From Cetorhinus maximus (Eukaryota), in NCBI RefSeq assembly GCF_964194155.1, contig NC_135890.1, positions 107,322,001 through 107,386,000 on the forward strand: 64,000 nucleotides of DNA, given 5' to 3'. The translations under genes were made by a program, and so were the position numbers. Positions 1 through 12,129 of the stretch are shown piece by piece. The notes beneath the pieces are model-generated. The model was given only the letters and a program-made list of their open reading frames with translations. It was not told the DNA's origin and did no database searches. Positions within the stretch are counted from its first letter, which is position 1. The number at the start of each line of letters is the position of its first letter.

Positions 1-176
1 CTATCCAATTATTCATATTCCCTTGAATGTTTCTCCTTTTCAAGTATATATCCTGTTTTCTTTTGAAGATTACTGTTGAATCTGTTTCCACAATATCGCA
101 GTAGATGAACTATCTAATGCTGCACAATAAAGATCTTTGATAATAGTGAGCTGATCAATCAGGGCCATAACTCATT

Positions 177-1406
177 GGGTGGAATCCTCCAGTCCTGTTG
201 GCAGTGGGCATCATGGTGGGCGTGAGCAGACAATGTGGCAAGAAGGCCAAAAATTGGTTTTACATCATCATGAAACCATCCACTCCACCCCCAATGGCGG
301 GGCCGCGTTTCCCGCCGCCACACATCTGGAACCTAATTTCAATACTTTAGCATCTCATTATAAGCCCTGTTTACTGGAATCATTCCCCCCACACTGGATC
401 ATCCAGGCACCATCACACTGATATGTTTCACAACTCTACATAAGTAATGTGCATCTGGCGAGCTGCACTGCGCTCGGGACTTTGAGGTTTTTTGCCTAAC
501 TTGCTTAGGGCAACACTTGTGGTCATCAGTGCCAGGCTTTTCAGGCTACACTACATCACTTTTAGGGGGTGCTCATGGGCAGGTTTATAGCTACCAGATC
601 TGCCGTAAGGCGGAGGTGGCTTTTCAATGGCTGCAGGGCTAGGGCTTGCTTGGGGGAGGGGGAGAACTCAGACAAGGAAAGAGGCTGCTGGGCGAAGGCT
701 GTACTGGGGAAGGAGGGAATCCCAGGATACGTGTGGGGCTACACGTTGATCAAGATGGTTAGGGCTGAGGAGGCAGTCTCCAGAGGAGATGAGGCCAGAT
801 GGAAATGTGAAGGTCTGTGTGAGAGCGTGAGTGGTGATGTCCCTTGAGCTCGCAGTGAGTGAGATGCCGGCGAGTGTGTGACTGCCTTGTGAGTGTGAGA
901 GTTTAGAGCGATAAGATGGTTGCCTTACCCTGGTGGCACAGATCAGATCATTCATCCTCTTTCTGCACTGGATGGCCAACCTCATCTGAGCAGCACTGCC
1001 AATGCCTCCCAAGCCGGAGTGGTGAGATTGGTGGACCTACTGTGGCCAGAGCGGGAGAGTGGAGGACATCATGGTGGGTCTAAAAAATGCATTCCAATCA
1101 CTGAACTCTTCATGGGTTTCAGGGCCATGTCTTCACTGGAGCAGTCCTGGGCTGCAAGCATTGAGGATTGTGTGTGTGGTTGCAGTTTAGATAATGCACC
1201 AAGAGTGAGGAAATGGTGAGGTAAGGGCGGGGCTGGCGATTCAGAGGCCACACACCAGCGAGACAGCGCGTTTCCTGTAGCTGCTTATTTTAAAGAGGCG
1301 GAAAGCGGACAATACGGTACGAAAACCCGCCATTGCGGCCAGCAGGTCAAATGTCGTTTTTCACGCCCACCACCGCACTTAGTGCAAATCTGGGGTGATT
1401 CTGCCT
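177..1406 (-). mobile_element. PIF/Harbinger-type DNA transposon derivative (copies at 28203..29439 and 51041..52297)
   Basis: Imperfect TIRs gggtggaatc / gattctgcct, 3-bp ATT duplication on both sides, and a minus-strand remnant AIQCRKRMNDL resembling the Myb/SANT-like DNA-binding ORF of Harbingers. Confidence 0.65.
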
Positions 1407-2259
1407 ATTCATTAATAAGATTTGCCTGTGGGTTTTCACTAATATTTAGTGAATAACTAACCTTTAATTTCATATCTATAAAGGCTCTCCTGACTTTCTC
1501 TTCCTTGCCTTGTTGAATTTAATGTAAAGGGTTTCACCTACCAGCCAATCATTCTCTTACCTTTAATTTTCAAACAAAAAGCAAAATACTGCAGATGCTG
1601 GAAATGTGTAAATGTGTGGAAAACGTTGGAAACACTCAACGGGTCAGACAGCATCGGTGGACGCAAGTGTCCACTTTGGTTTCTGACCTTCTTGTGAAAG
1701 TTGACAATTGAAAGCTATGGCCAAGAGCAGCCTTTAACAAGGACAGGACATAGAGAGGGCAAAGAAAAGAAACACAATGATAAAAAAAACAGGAAATAGT
1801 TAAATGGCAGAACTGAGAAAAGGATGAGACTTCAGGAGATGTAACGAGACATATGAAAGACAGATGTGGAAAACAATTTTTTGTTATTCATTCACGGGAC
1901 GTGGGCTTCGCTGGCTAGGCCAGCATTTTTACTGGCCATCCCTAATTGCCCTAGAGTAGATTATGATGAAAGGTCATTGTGTTGAAACGTTAACTCTGTT
2001 TTTCTCTCTCCACAGATGTTGCCTGACCTGCTGAGTATTGCCAGCATTTTCTGTTTTTATTTCACATTTCCAGTATCTGCAGTAGTTGCTCTTGTGGAGA
2101 GGTGTGGAAAGTGTGTGAACAGTTGTCAAAAATGTGAGGATAAGGCAGGTAGAAAGGGAAGCACAAAAAATTCACAAAGTACAGATGCAAGCAATTGGAT
2201 TACACACATCGTACTGATCTAGTGACACCTGTTTCTGAACTTTTGGGCAATCAATACAA

Positions 2260-2490
2260 GGGCAATGTGAGGGAGAGCTTTTTTACACAGCAAGATGGTG
2301 ATGCACTGGAACTCACTGCCTACCAGGATGGTGAAAGCAGGGGTGATCAGTGATTGTAAAAGGAAATTGGATCAGCAGTTGAGGGATATAAACTTGCAGG
2401 GCTACAGGGATAGAATGGGGACTGACTGGGTTACTCTACAAAGAACCAGCATAGACTTGATGGGATCAATAGCCTCTTCTCTGTGTCCTA
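2260..2490 (+). mobile_element. CR1-type LINE 3' end fragment (copies at ~30295..30525 and ~53150..53380)
   Basis: Translates as F.T..VMHWNSLP..MVKA.....KRKLD, matching the C-terminus of CR1 ORF2 as seen in the younger element at 19239..19559. Confidence 0.7.
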
Positions 2491-4139
2491 ATGATCCCAA
2501 ATCTATATTTAATATTGCTTCCCAGTTACAAGGGTGGAATTTGTACCTGGTTATGATTTGGTTGGTATGCATATATTTCTTGAATTAATTTTTCGTCACT
2601 AACTTCATTGTCTATATGTTTTCTTGTGGGGATTAATCCTTTCCATTGAAATTTCAATAAAATTTGCAAATCTGCCTTCACAATGCCTTCTCAAGGCATT
2701 CTCACTAAAACCATGTTTTGGGTTGGCTCTCATAACACTGAGCTGTGCATCCACCACATTCAAATAATACAATCAAACTGTCACTTACTGGAATCCCCAT
2801 GGTGTGATAATTAGGAATTTGAATCTCAATTGACCTGATCCCCAAAGACTTCTTGGATTGGCCCTTTGGCAAGCTGATCAAAACAATGGGCTCTCAAATA
2901 GGATATCAAAGTAGTACCTCCTACAGTGTTCACTCCCTCAATACTAGACCCTAGTCTAGAATAGTGCTTCCCAAACTATCTTCCAATTTGATTCTATTTG
3001 AACACATGAAATTTAACACGATCCCAGGTACAACAAAAACAAAACAGCAATAAAGCTGCGTAGCAACATTCAGTACCTAATTAGTAAAGTTTGCATATTA
3101 TATAGATCATATAATACGTCGTATAAAAATGAAAATCTGTGCTTGTAAAGTACTTTGTAAAAATGTTATTGTTTTATGTACTCACTGGTCCATTACTTCA
3201 TCTGTGCTGCTCCAGCTCATGGGCCTTGGCTAGGAAGCTGCAGAAGTACAGGTTAAGGGTCTTGAGGTGGCTGATGTTGATGAGGTGGTTACACAGCGCC
3301 AGGGTGATGGAGTTGCACTCAGCCAGGCAACAGCTCAGGTCACCAGGTTCATGGTTGGCGATGGATTTGAGACTCAGTAAATCGGCCATGGGCAGTAGCT
3401 ACTCCCTTATAGGGGAGACTGAGTGACGAACAGGGCAAGGGCAGTGCCGGATGCTGCCTGCGTCTCAGTGCAGTTGCTGGGCACAGTCTCAGAGGAGGGG
3501 GGAGATCGATCTGGGCTTCACACTGGTGGTGTTTTGAGCAAAGCACATCACCCTCAGCTTCAGGCCCGCCACCCCCCACCACCCCTCACCTCAACACCAT
3601 CAAATTTATTCACGTAAGATCATAAGAAATAGGAACAGAAGTAGGCCCCACCATTCAATAAGTTAATGGCTGATCTAATTGTGCTTTTAAGTCCACTTTC
3701 CAACCTGCCTTCTATAGCCTTGACTCTCTTGTCAATCGAAAAATTGTCTTGATGTGATTATCAGGTTAGGATTTGTGTTAACATTGGAGTTTAGCTGGAA
3801 CAATGGGGTTTCCTTTCAGCCAGGTAGTCATCGATCTGGGATGACCCAGGGCGAATCCTGTCACTTTGTATTGTGAGACATTGAGTTAAACTGATTAACA
3901 ATCAATCTGGTAAAATGGCTAACATCTGGAGGTTTGGTGACAATCTCACTTCAATATACATATACGTCCCTCACAACCCCACTCACTAGTTTGTGAACTG
4001 CTGGTCTAAAATATGTGCTGAAGTTGGATTTATTGCACAGCTTCTGACACGATGCATCTATGGCACATCTACTACTGAAATACAGCCTGAATAAATTACA
4101 TTAGCCTGGGCAATTCTATTATCATTCATTTTTCAATTC

Positions 4140-4740
4140 ATTTATGGGATGTGGGCCTCGCTGGCTAGATCATCACCTATTGCCCATCGCTAATTGCCCT
4201 TGAGAAGTGGTGATGAGCTGCTTTCTTGAATCACTGCAGCCCATGTGGTATAGGTACACCCACAGTGCTGTTAAGGAGGGTGGTAATGGTGTAGTGTGGG
4301 ATATGCTGGGCCATACAATTCTGGTGCTGCTGGTGGCCCACAGAGCCTCCTGTCCAGTCTTGACCTGTTTGAAATCTAGACCATTTAGCAAAGCGGTAGA
4401 GCCACACAACACAATGGGGTGTATCCTCTTTGTGATGATGGGACTTTGTCTCTGCATGGACTGTGCTGTGGTCACTCCTACCACTACCGTCATGGACAGA
4501 TGCATTGGCAGCATGTTGGTGAAGATGAGGTCAAGTACATTTTTCCCCCTCTTCTTGGCTCCCACACCAACTGCCCGCTGCCCAGTCTAGCAGCTATGTT
4601 CTTTAGGACTCAGCCAGCTTGGTTTGTGCTGCTGCTTCCAAGCATTGAAGCCCCCCACCAGGATTTCCCTCAGATCTTCCTCCAAATGGTGTTCAACATT
4701 CAGCAGGAGTTCTCCTTGCCCCTGTCATGCCATGAGACGT
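4140..4740 (-). mobile_element. Degenerate non-LTR retrotransposon fragments (copies at ~32220..32820 and ~55475..56070)
   Basis: Broken ORF2-like remnants (e.g. HRVVWLYRYAKWDRFR in copy C) and repeat-tail-like sequence shared with 1890..1955. Confidence 0.5.
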
Positions 4741-6129
4741 CATGGGGGTGCTGGAGTCAAGGTTGACGACTCAACCATATACCACTGTGCCAGCAGGCCT
4801 GATGGATCTGTCCTGTCGGTGGGATTCGAGGTTCTCTGGAGCATTAGCCTGGGTCGTTGGATTACTAGTATAGTGAAAATATCACTATGCCGCCGCCTCC
4901 CCTGTACAAAGCTTCATTCTTTCAGGCCTGTTGCAATACAACCAATTTTAATAACTTCGCTTTGTTGACACAAGATTCCTTTTTTATTTATTTACCAGTT
5001 TCCATATTACACATGTTCTCATCTCTAGACTGAATTTCTTTAATGTCCTTCCTGGTGTTTTCCTAAACTTCATCCTCCATCCACATAAAGTGCAGATAAT
5101 TATTTTCAGTCATAAATTATAATCATTCTTTTATCTGCCGAATGCATAATCTATGACTCTGAGACTATCATGCACTCATTCTGATTCAGCCCCTATGATG
5201 AAAGGCATTGACTTTATTTTATACCCCCTGTGACACCTCAACTGTAAGGAAACAGGGAAGGGATTACAGTGATGTGGCTGGTATAGCACGATGGCATCTC
5301 CACATTGGTAACAGTGATGTAAATTATATAATTCTAGTTTTTGTACAGGTTGAGGAGAAGTTACAAAAACTGAATTTGGCCACACAATGTCCTGTGTCCT
5401 GAGCAGTGATCCATAGACAAGTGCTTGATGGCCAGCACAGATACGATGGGCCGAAGCGTCTGTTTCTGTGCTGTATAACCACATGACGCTATGACTCTAA
5501 TACTATATTTCCTGGGCAGGTGCCTGAGTTGAGTGTTTGGAGTTGGTTTATGTGAGATTTGGGGAGAGTGAGGGAAGGTGAAGGTGAGGTTGATCAGCCC
5601 TGATTTGAATGGCAGAGCTGGTTCAAAGGACTAATCCTCTACTCCTTCTGATGTTCTTGTTTGATTTGGCAGTGCACCAATATTGTGAAAAGCTCGTCAA
5701 ATGAAAGATTGCTTCTATTCTGAACTGATAGTGAGGGTGATGACAGATTGAATTACAAAGCTAGAGCTAACGCAAAGGGGCTGAGGAATCAGTTCTCCTC
5801 TTAAAAATTAAATTAGACATTTTGGCCGAGATAATCATCTTATCCTGATGTAACATGTAACTGAGCTAGAGAAGATCTCCACCAAAAGTGCGCCCTCAAA
5901 ATGGCTGCTGTATTCCCCTTCCCATGACCTTGCCCTGACCTTGTTCCACATTCTGGAAGCAAATTAACTCTTGCAATTAAATGAAACAAGGGAATGGGGT
6001 TCCCCATATTTTCCTTTCTTTGTGCCCGGTTACCATCCCTGAAAATCAGCACCAGTTTACACGTGGCAATTCTTAACCAATCAGAGATTGGGACGATGAA
6101 GAGGAGAAAGGTGCAGGAGGCCAATCAGG

Positions 6130-7545
6130 ATGAAGATGCCGAGAAGTAAGGTGGGTCCAAACACCTCATGACCATCAAACAGGCGCGAGCACTGATCCTT
6201 GCAGCACCCGGCTAGTTACATCCTGCCAACCAGAAAATGACCCGTTTATTGCTACTCCTTGTTTTCTGACCATTAACCGATTCTCTGTTCATGTAATATA
6301 TTACCCCCAATCCCATGAGCCCCAATCTTTTGAAATAAACTCTTGGGTGGCATCTTATCGAATGCCTTTGGAAAATCCAATTAAAATAAATCCACTGGTT
6401 CCCCCTCATCTACCCTGCTATTCAGAACCTCAACAAACTTTAACAGATGTATCGAACACAATTTCCCTTTCATAGTTCCATGCTGACTTTGACCAATCAA
6501 ATTATGATTTTCTAAGTGCCCCATTATCATTTTGCTGATATTAATTGCCGCACGTTCCTTACTGTTGTCGTCAGACGTCTACTCCTCCCTGTTTCTATCT
6601 CCTTTCGTTTCTTCAATAGTTGGGTTATGTTTGATCGTTCCAATCCATGAGGACTGTTTGAGTATCTATGGAATCCTGCAAGACCCAGTGCCCCCACTAT
6701 GTCTGTAGCCAGCTCTTCAAAACCCGAGGAAGTCGACCATGGGTCCAGGGAATCTGTTGCCTTTTATTACCATGAATTTCTCCACTACGTTGTTCAGAAT
6801 ATTATTAGAGTAATCCTGGGGACTATAATCTTCATACAGATTGGATAAAATAAATCAGCTGTAGTAATGTGGGGGATAAGGTTACAGAATGCAGTCAAAA
6901 ATGTCTTAAAGATCAGTGTCAGCAACCAATCACAAGAAGGGGTCCTTAATTCTGGCACTAGATAGGGAACACAATCTTGGGACTCCTGGGTGTGGCTCCA
7001 GAGAACAGTATCCATCCCTCTGATTATACTGTCCTCTGCCATTACCACATTCCTCCCCCACAGCCAACACTTAATGTAAATGGCCTCATGTAACATGGTG
7101 CTGTGGTCTGTTTTCTCAACACCAGATTTTTTTGTCATTCAGACAGGCTGCAGTGAGCCCATACCTGTTAGATAAGGACAATGACTGAGGTCCCCTGCAC
7201 TGCACGATTGTGCTATGCTGTCTATGTTCCTATTTTCTTATCCACCTTGTGTCTCCTTACTGACCTGACCCACAGTCACACCCTCCTGTCCCTGACCACT
7301 AATTAGACACTATGCGGCACTACCTAACTTAAGGAGTGTGACTGCCTCTTGGCTGAAGTGTCCAGCTAACAGTCTTCCTCCCTAATGCCCCACAATGCCT
7401 GCATCTCGGACTCCAGCTCAACAAATCCACAGTTGTACTTCCTTGGGATTCAGACACTTACTGTGGATGTGGTTGTCAGCAATTGCAATGCTGACCACAA
7501 ACTCCTACATGCTGCTGTTGTGGTAAAGCACCTGCACTGTCATCG
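6130..7545 (-). mobile_element. Degenerate CR1 LINE with RT and ORF1 esterase remnants (copies at ~34215..35610 and ~57490..58885)
   Basis: Frameshifted remnants HLENHNLIGQNQHGTMKGKLC...VDEGEPVDL (RT N-terminal region) and VVMAEDSIIRGMD (SGNH esterase-like GDSIVR motif). Confidence 0.7.
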
Positions 7546-7837
7546 CTTGCAGTCATTGGCACCACTCCAAAAAAAAACACAACTGCTCTGATCCGAGAGC
7601 CTCTTGTTGAATCTTGTGGCTGCATTGAGTTTCTGGAATGTCTCAGTCACCAGGGTGTCCCTGACATTATGCCACACCTCCGGCATTGCATTGCAACGTG
7701 AGTGTGGTTTCTCATGATTCACCTTTAGCACTGCATGGGAAAACACCGTCTCCAATGGCTGCATGAGATGTATGCTCACGAAACATTGATCTGTTAAAGC
7801 CTGTACCCTGATATCTTTGCGTTTGGTTCCTTCACCA

Positions 7838-7885
7838 AGGAAGAGGTTTCTGTCCCCTCCAGGAAGAGGTTTCTGTCCCCTCCAG
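7838..7885. repeat. 23-bp tandem duplication (also ~35898..35945)
   Basis: aggaagaggtttctgtcccctcc occurs twice in succession. Confidence 0.9.
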
Positions 7886-8732
7886 GGAGAGACAACTGTT
7901 TCTGCTCTGTCTGCTCCCTGGTGCTCCGAGAATCACTGACTGATTACCTTCCACCTCAGTAATTCCCTTGTCTCAAGTAAGTGCATCGGGACAGGTGTTT
8001 GAATAAGCAAGTTGTCTCTTGGAATTTTCTAGTATTCAAAATAGGTGGTTGAAATAAAGATAATTAGAAAAGCTTTTTTTTCATAATTACTAAATGTAAC
8101 CAGCATGAACTTAATTTTTATATAACTTGCTGCCTTAATTAATATTCTTAGTTGATAGCTCAGTAAAGAATCAATGCAGACATGATGAGCCAATAGTTCT
8201 GTGTTGTAAACCTGTATCATTCTCACAAAAACCTGAGTATTTGATATTTTTACCCAAAGCTGTGATGCTGTGAGAACCATTGAGATTGTCCAGTCTGAGC
8301 ATGTGCAGACTGAATGTTTTGGTACAATTTGTTCATCGGCTCGCCGGCTGCCTCCGTTCCTGATCCCATCAGGGCCTAAAAATCCTGCCCAGATTCTCTA
8401 ACATATCATGCGAAAGGCCACAGAAGATCAACTGGTTCAATATAATTAATATAATTAAACTGTGAAAAATATGGGCCGGTGATCTGGGCTGGTGTGATTC
8501 TTCTATATTGTCCATAGGTGTCTCATTCATAGCTGATTCTCCCATCAACATTTGGATGGGTAAATCACCATAAACTGCGTTTAAATATGGATTAATGATG
8601 TAATGCAGGGAAAGCCACAGACAATTCAGACAGATAGAAACACATATTTCAATTTTTATTAAAATGGACAACTTTACTTTCAAATCACATTGGGTATTTT
8701 GGCAAATGTGAATCAAAGTATCACAAGTCAAT

Positions 8733-8891
8733 AAAAGCAAAAAGCTGCGGATGCGGATGCGGTAAAAATAGTAATAATTTTTACTTAGTTCTGTTGAAGG
8801 ATCATTCGGACTCGAAACGTTAACTGTGTTCCTCTCTGCAGATGCTGCCGGACCTGCTGAGTTTTTCCAGGTATTTTTGTTTCTGTTTTAA
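8733..8891 (+). mobile_element. Short Penelope-end-like insertion with 11-bp TSD and hammerhead-like core
   Basis: TSD cacaagtcaat at 8722-8732 and 8892-8902. The site is empty in unit C (~59168). Contains tagtt-ctgttga-aggatcattcggactc-gaaacgtt-aactg. Confidence 0.75.
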
Positions 8892-9310
8892 CACAAGTCA
8901 ATGATCAGAATGGAACACGTTGCATCAGCAGTCCCCCCTGCCCCTCCCCGATTCCTTCTATGCTGTTGATTAAGTTGCTGACTCTTGTAAAAATTGTGTC
9001 CAATGTCTTGTACCAGCATCTTTCCTCGGGTGAAAATGCAGGAAGGTGACCTGCACCCAGGCCTCAGTTGGTATCATTCCCTAGTCAGACATTATCTGTT
9101 GAATAAACTTCCTGTTGTTATGAGAACTGGGGCAGACAGGAATAAGATTCAAAAGTATCATGGACAAGTCAGTGACTGTGCAACCTGGGTCTCTTACTAA
9201 CTGCAGCTGAGAAACCAGGAGTATATGAAAAAATTGATCAATTGAGGCACTATAAATAATTTACTTCTGTAATAGCTAGAGTTCATCTTATTAACCGCTG
9301 CAAGTGCAGG

Positions 9311-9778
9311 TTAACCACCTCGTAGACGTAGCGTGAGGAAGATGGTGCTCTCAGGCTTAATATTGTAGTCGGCGAGTGTCAGACCATCCTCCAGCTGTTT
9401 CCCCTCGTACACCAGACGCTGCTGACTGGCTGGGACACCCTCCTGCCGTTGTACTCGTACTCTAAAATCCCGAACGGACTCAGAGGGAAGAACGTCATAT
9501 GTAGATGTTTTCCCCTTGTCGTTCCTGAGGAAAATCTGCATCCGCTCCTCGTTCTTGACAATCAGCATGACAGCATCGCTGGGAGAGACATTGTAGTCAC
9601 ACAGCCTCTTGTTGTCCTTCAGCTCCACAGTGCTCCTATTTTGCACCACCAGGCGCTGTTGGAAATAGGGCACATTGGCTTTTTTGTATATCATCATCTT
9701 GAGAGCCGAGATTTGGATGGAAGGGTCAACATCAAGCTCAATATCTTCACCGGTCAAAAACCTCACCTGGAGTCTCAT
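9311..9778 (-). CDS. ISG15: ISG15-like di-ubiquitin protein, 155 aa, intact (copy A)
   Basis: Two ubiquitin-like domains ([17 protein letters not shown]... and [11 protein letters not shown]...[20 protein letters not shown]) ending exactly LRLRGG-stop. Acceptor tctcttaacag lies 12 nt upstream of the ATG (exon starts at 9790), implying a 5'-UTR intron as in fish ISG15. Confidence 0.9.
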   Translation of the reverse strand: MRLQVRFLTGEDIELDVDPSIQISALKMMIYKKANVPYFQQRLVVQNRSTVELKDNKRLCDYNVSPSDAVMLIVKNEERMQIFLRNDKGKTSTYDVLPSESVRDFRVRVQRQEGVPASQQRLVYEGKQLEDGLTLADYNIKPESTIFLTLRLRGG

Positions 9779-10208
9779 CTTGTCAAATTGCTGTTAAGAG
9801 ATGAACAGGATGTCAGGGATGAGGACACTTTATCTCATGTGTCAATTTAAAGAATTAATGAGAGAATTTAACATTCACGACACATTGTCACAGGCACTGG
9901 CTGAAAGCGCAGAAGCTGAGAAGTAACTGTTGTGTAAATCTCATCTACAATAATCCCAAAATCTGGCTTCCACATGATACCCGAATTGCCTAGAAACCAA
10001 TCTTCACAAACTCCTTCCTTCCATCCAGTTAAAAGCAGCAGATTCACAATCTGTTCTCCTGTCTGCATTTGGTTGTGTTTTTGCTGCTCTATGCTGATAT
10101 TGTTAAAATATTGAGAAACTTGAGGACCTGTGTACCACACTGCAATACTGGCAACGGCCTGAAGTAGCCCTCAGTGAGCTGTGTAACGTGGCACAGTCTG
10201 AGTTTGGC

Positions 10209-10280
10209 TGTCAGCTGTGGCTCAGTTCATAGCACCCTCGCCTTTGAATCAGAGGGTTGTGGGTTCATGTCCCACTCCCG
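10209..10280 (+). mobile_element. tRNA-derived SINE head fragment in the putative ISG15 intron
   Basis: A-box-like tggctcagtt and B-box-like ggttcatgtcc. Segment 10209..10346 is absent from unit C. Confidence 0.55.
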
Positions 10281-10823
10281 GAAACCAAAAACTGTGATTG
10301 TACTCGAACGAGTTGCAATCTGTGACTGTTGATAACTCGAAAGAGTTTCATGGGGAGATAAGAATATGGGCTTGGAAATTCTGTGGGTTTCTCTTGATCT
10401 TGCACCATAGCTTCAGCAATTCATCAATGGAGTCTAAGAGAATGGGTGTAAATGAAGGAAAATGACTGTAAGTTTCAGCACCATATTAGAGGAACCATTT
10501 GTATAACTCTCTAAACTAGAAGACAGGGCATCCCCAGTCCAGTGGTCAAAAAAAAGTACCCTATTGTTGAGTAGAATTTTCTCTTTTGATGCAAGTGGTC
10601 TATGAATGAAATCTGTACAGTTATGACAGACCAATCAGCAGAGAGTTATTCTGTACAGAAATGCTTCCTCTCAGATTCAGACTCACATAATGCATTCTAT
10701 TGAAAAACAAAAACTACTTTGCTGATATTAGATAATGAATGTTTAACGCATCACTTTAAATTTCCATATTTAAAATAGTAGACAAAGGAGTGGCACGTAA
10801 ACATGTTAAGTTGTTAAGGATAC

Positions 10824-11030
10824 CTGACAATCTTTCCCGGAAGCACAAGTCCAGGTGAATCAGAAGAAATTTGAGCTGCACAATGGGGAGAGATTCATTT
10901 CCCTGCACAGTTTGTTTTCTCTGTGTTTCTCCACACCGGCTCTCAATTCTAGTATAAGGGAATAAAATTCTGTCTGTATCTTGCTCCATCTCTTCTGTGT
11001 TTCCCACCGTTAAACAAGTGAGTGAGTGTC
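10824..11030 (-). other. ISG15: Putative non-coding first exon of ISG15 (5' end uncertain)
   Basis: Donor cag|gtatcc at 10824/10823 is retained in unit C although the adjacent intron sequence differs by an indel. An AT-rich TATA-like tract (11049-11060) and an ISRE-like site lie upstream. Confidence 0.35.
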
Positions 11031-11129
11031 TGGCTCCCTCCTCAGTCATTTTATTTTTATTGCTGGTTTCTGAACGTCACAGCCTTTTTGCCCTCTAATT
11101 GCTTCGAACAAACAAGTGAGACCAGAGCT

Positions 11130-11142
11130 GGTTTCATTTCCC
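11130..11142 (-). promoter_or_regulatory. ISRE-like element upstream of ISG15 (copy at 61410..61422)
   Basis: Minus strand gggaaatgaaacc. A second GAAA-repeat, ggaaagggaaag, lies at 11466-11477 and an NF-kB-like gggaaattacc at 11163-11173. Confidence 0.55.
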
Positions 11143-12025
11143 AAAGCCACCCCTCAGAGTCTGGGAAATTACCTGACAGGAGCAGCAGGAATGCACCTTG
11201 CTACAGGTAACAGGTACTGAATTCCGAGTTATCTCAGTTTCAGATTCCTGTCTGGTACCACAGTCATAAACAACAAGAACAGAATCAGCTGAGCAGTGTG
11301 TCAGAGGCCTCACTGCCTGTTTGAAGCTGTGGGCAGAGCTTGAATAATACAATGTATAAAGGTACAGGGCATCAGACCAGTCAGTTTAATTATCTAATGA
11401 AAAGAAATTGGCCTCTAATTCCAGGGGTCCTGCACCATGAGTACAAGTCAGGTAGAGCAAAACCCCTTTCCCTTTCCAAACACAAGGCCAAGGGTTTAAT
11501 GTCACTTCCATGTCATGGTGGATACTCAAAAAGTGCAAGAGTGCTTTAGTGGACAGATCCATCCTAATCTTTGCTTTGTTTATAACATCTGAAATCTCTC
11601 TGTGGCTATTCTCACACGATCCTTTTTGCTGCTACTGTGGACTCGAGCTTCTATGCCTCCCATGTTCCTTTGGAGCCCCAGGTAAGAAGTACAAGGTTTG
11701 TGACATGTAAACCATCTCCACCAATCAATACATTTTGATTGTCTTTTTCAAAAAGTAAACTTTAATATTTTGTTAAACCCCATGTGTGCACACCCCGGTT
11801 GAATTAGAATTCATCCTCAGACCCTTCCTCTAGCATTGACATGGTGCATCCTGTGTCACTTCAGCCGCGGTAGAGACAGGATGTTCAGATCAGTGTTGGA
11901 AATTTTTGGCCAGCTTTGCATTCGCACTGATCCTCCAGCTGAACACCACTCCACTACTCGTGTTCTGATGTGAGTTCCAACCTGTATCTTACCCTCTCCT
12001 CCTCCAACAATGGAAACAGCAGCAT

Positions 12026-12080
12026 AGCCATATCACAGCCATATCAGAGCCATATCACAGCCATATCACAGCCATATCAC
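12026..12080. repeat. 11-bp minisatellite (agccatatcac)x5; x2 at 37024..37045; x6 at 62306..62371
   Basis: Read directly from the sequence. Confidence 0.9.
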
Positions 12081-12129
12081 ATTACTGGCACTAAAGCCCT
12101 GAGGAAAATTGGAGCTGTAGTTTAAGTCT

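Noticed and set aside
10209-10280. tRNA gene
   Set aside because: A/B-box-like motifs are present, but the cloverleaf is degenerate; it fits a SINE head.
10756-11049. Coding first exon for ISG15
   Set aside because: Splicing at the putative donor puts this frame out of register with ISG15, with a stop 2 codons into exon 2. The internal ATG is ACA in copy C.
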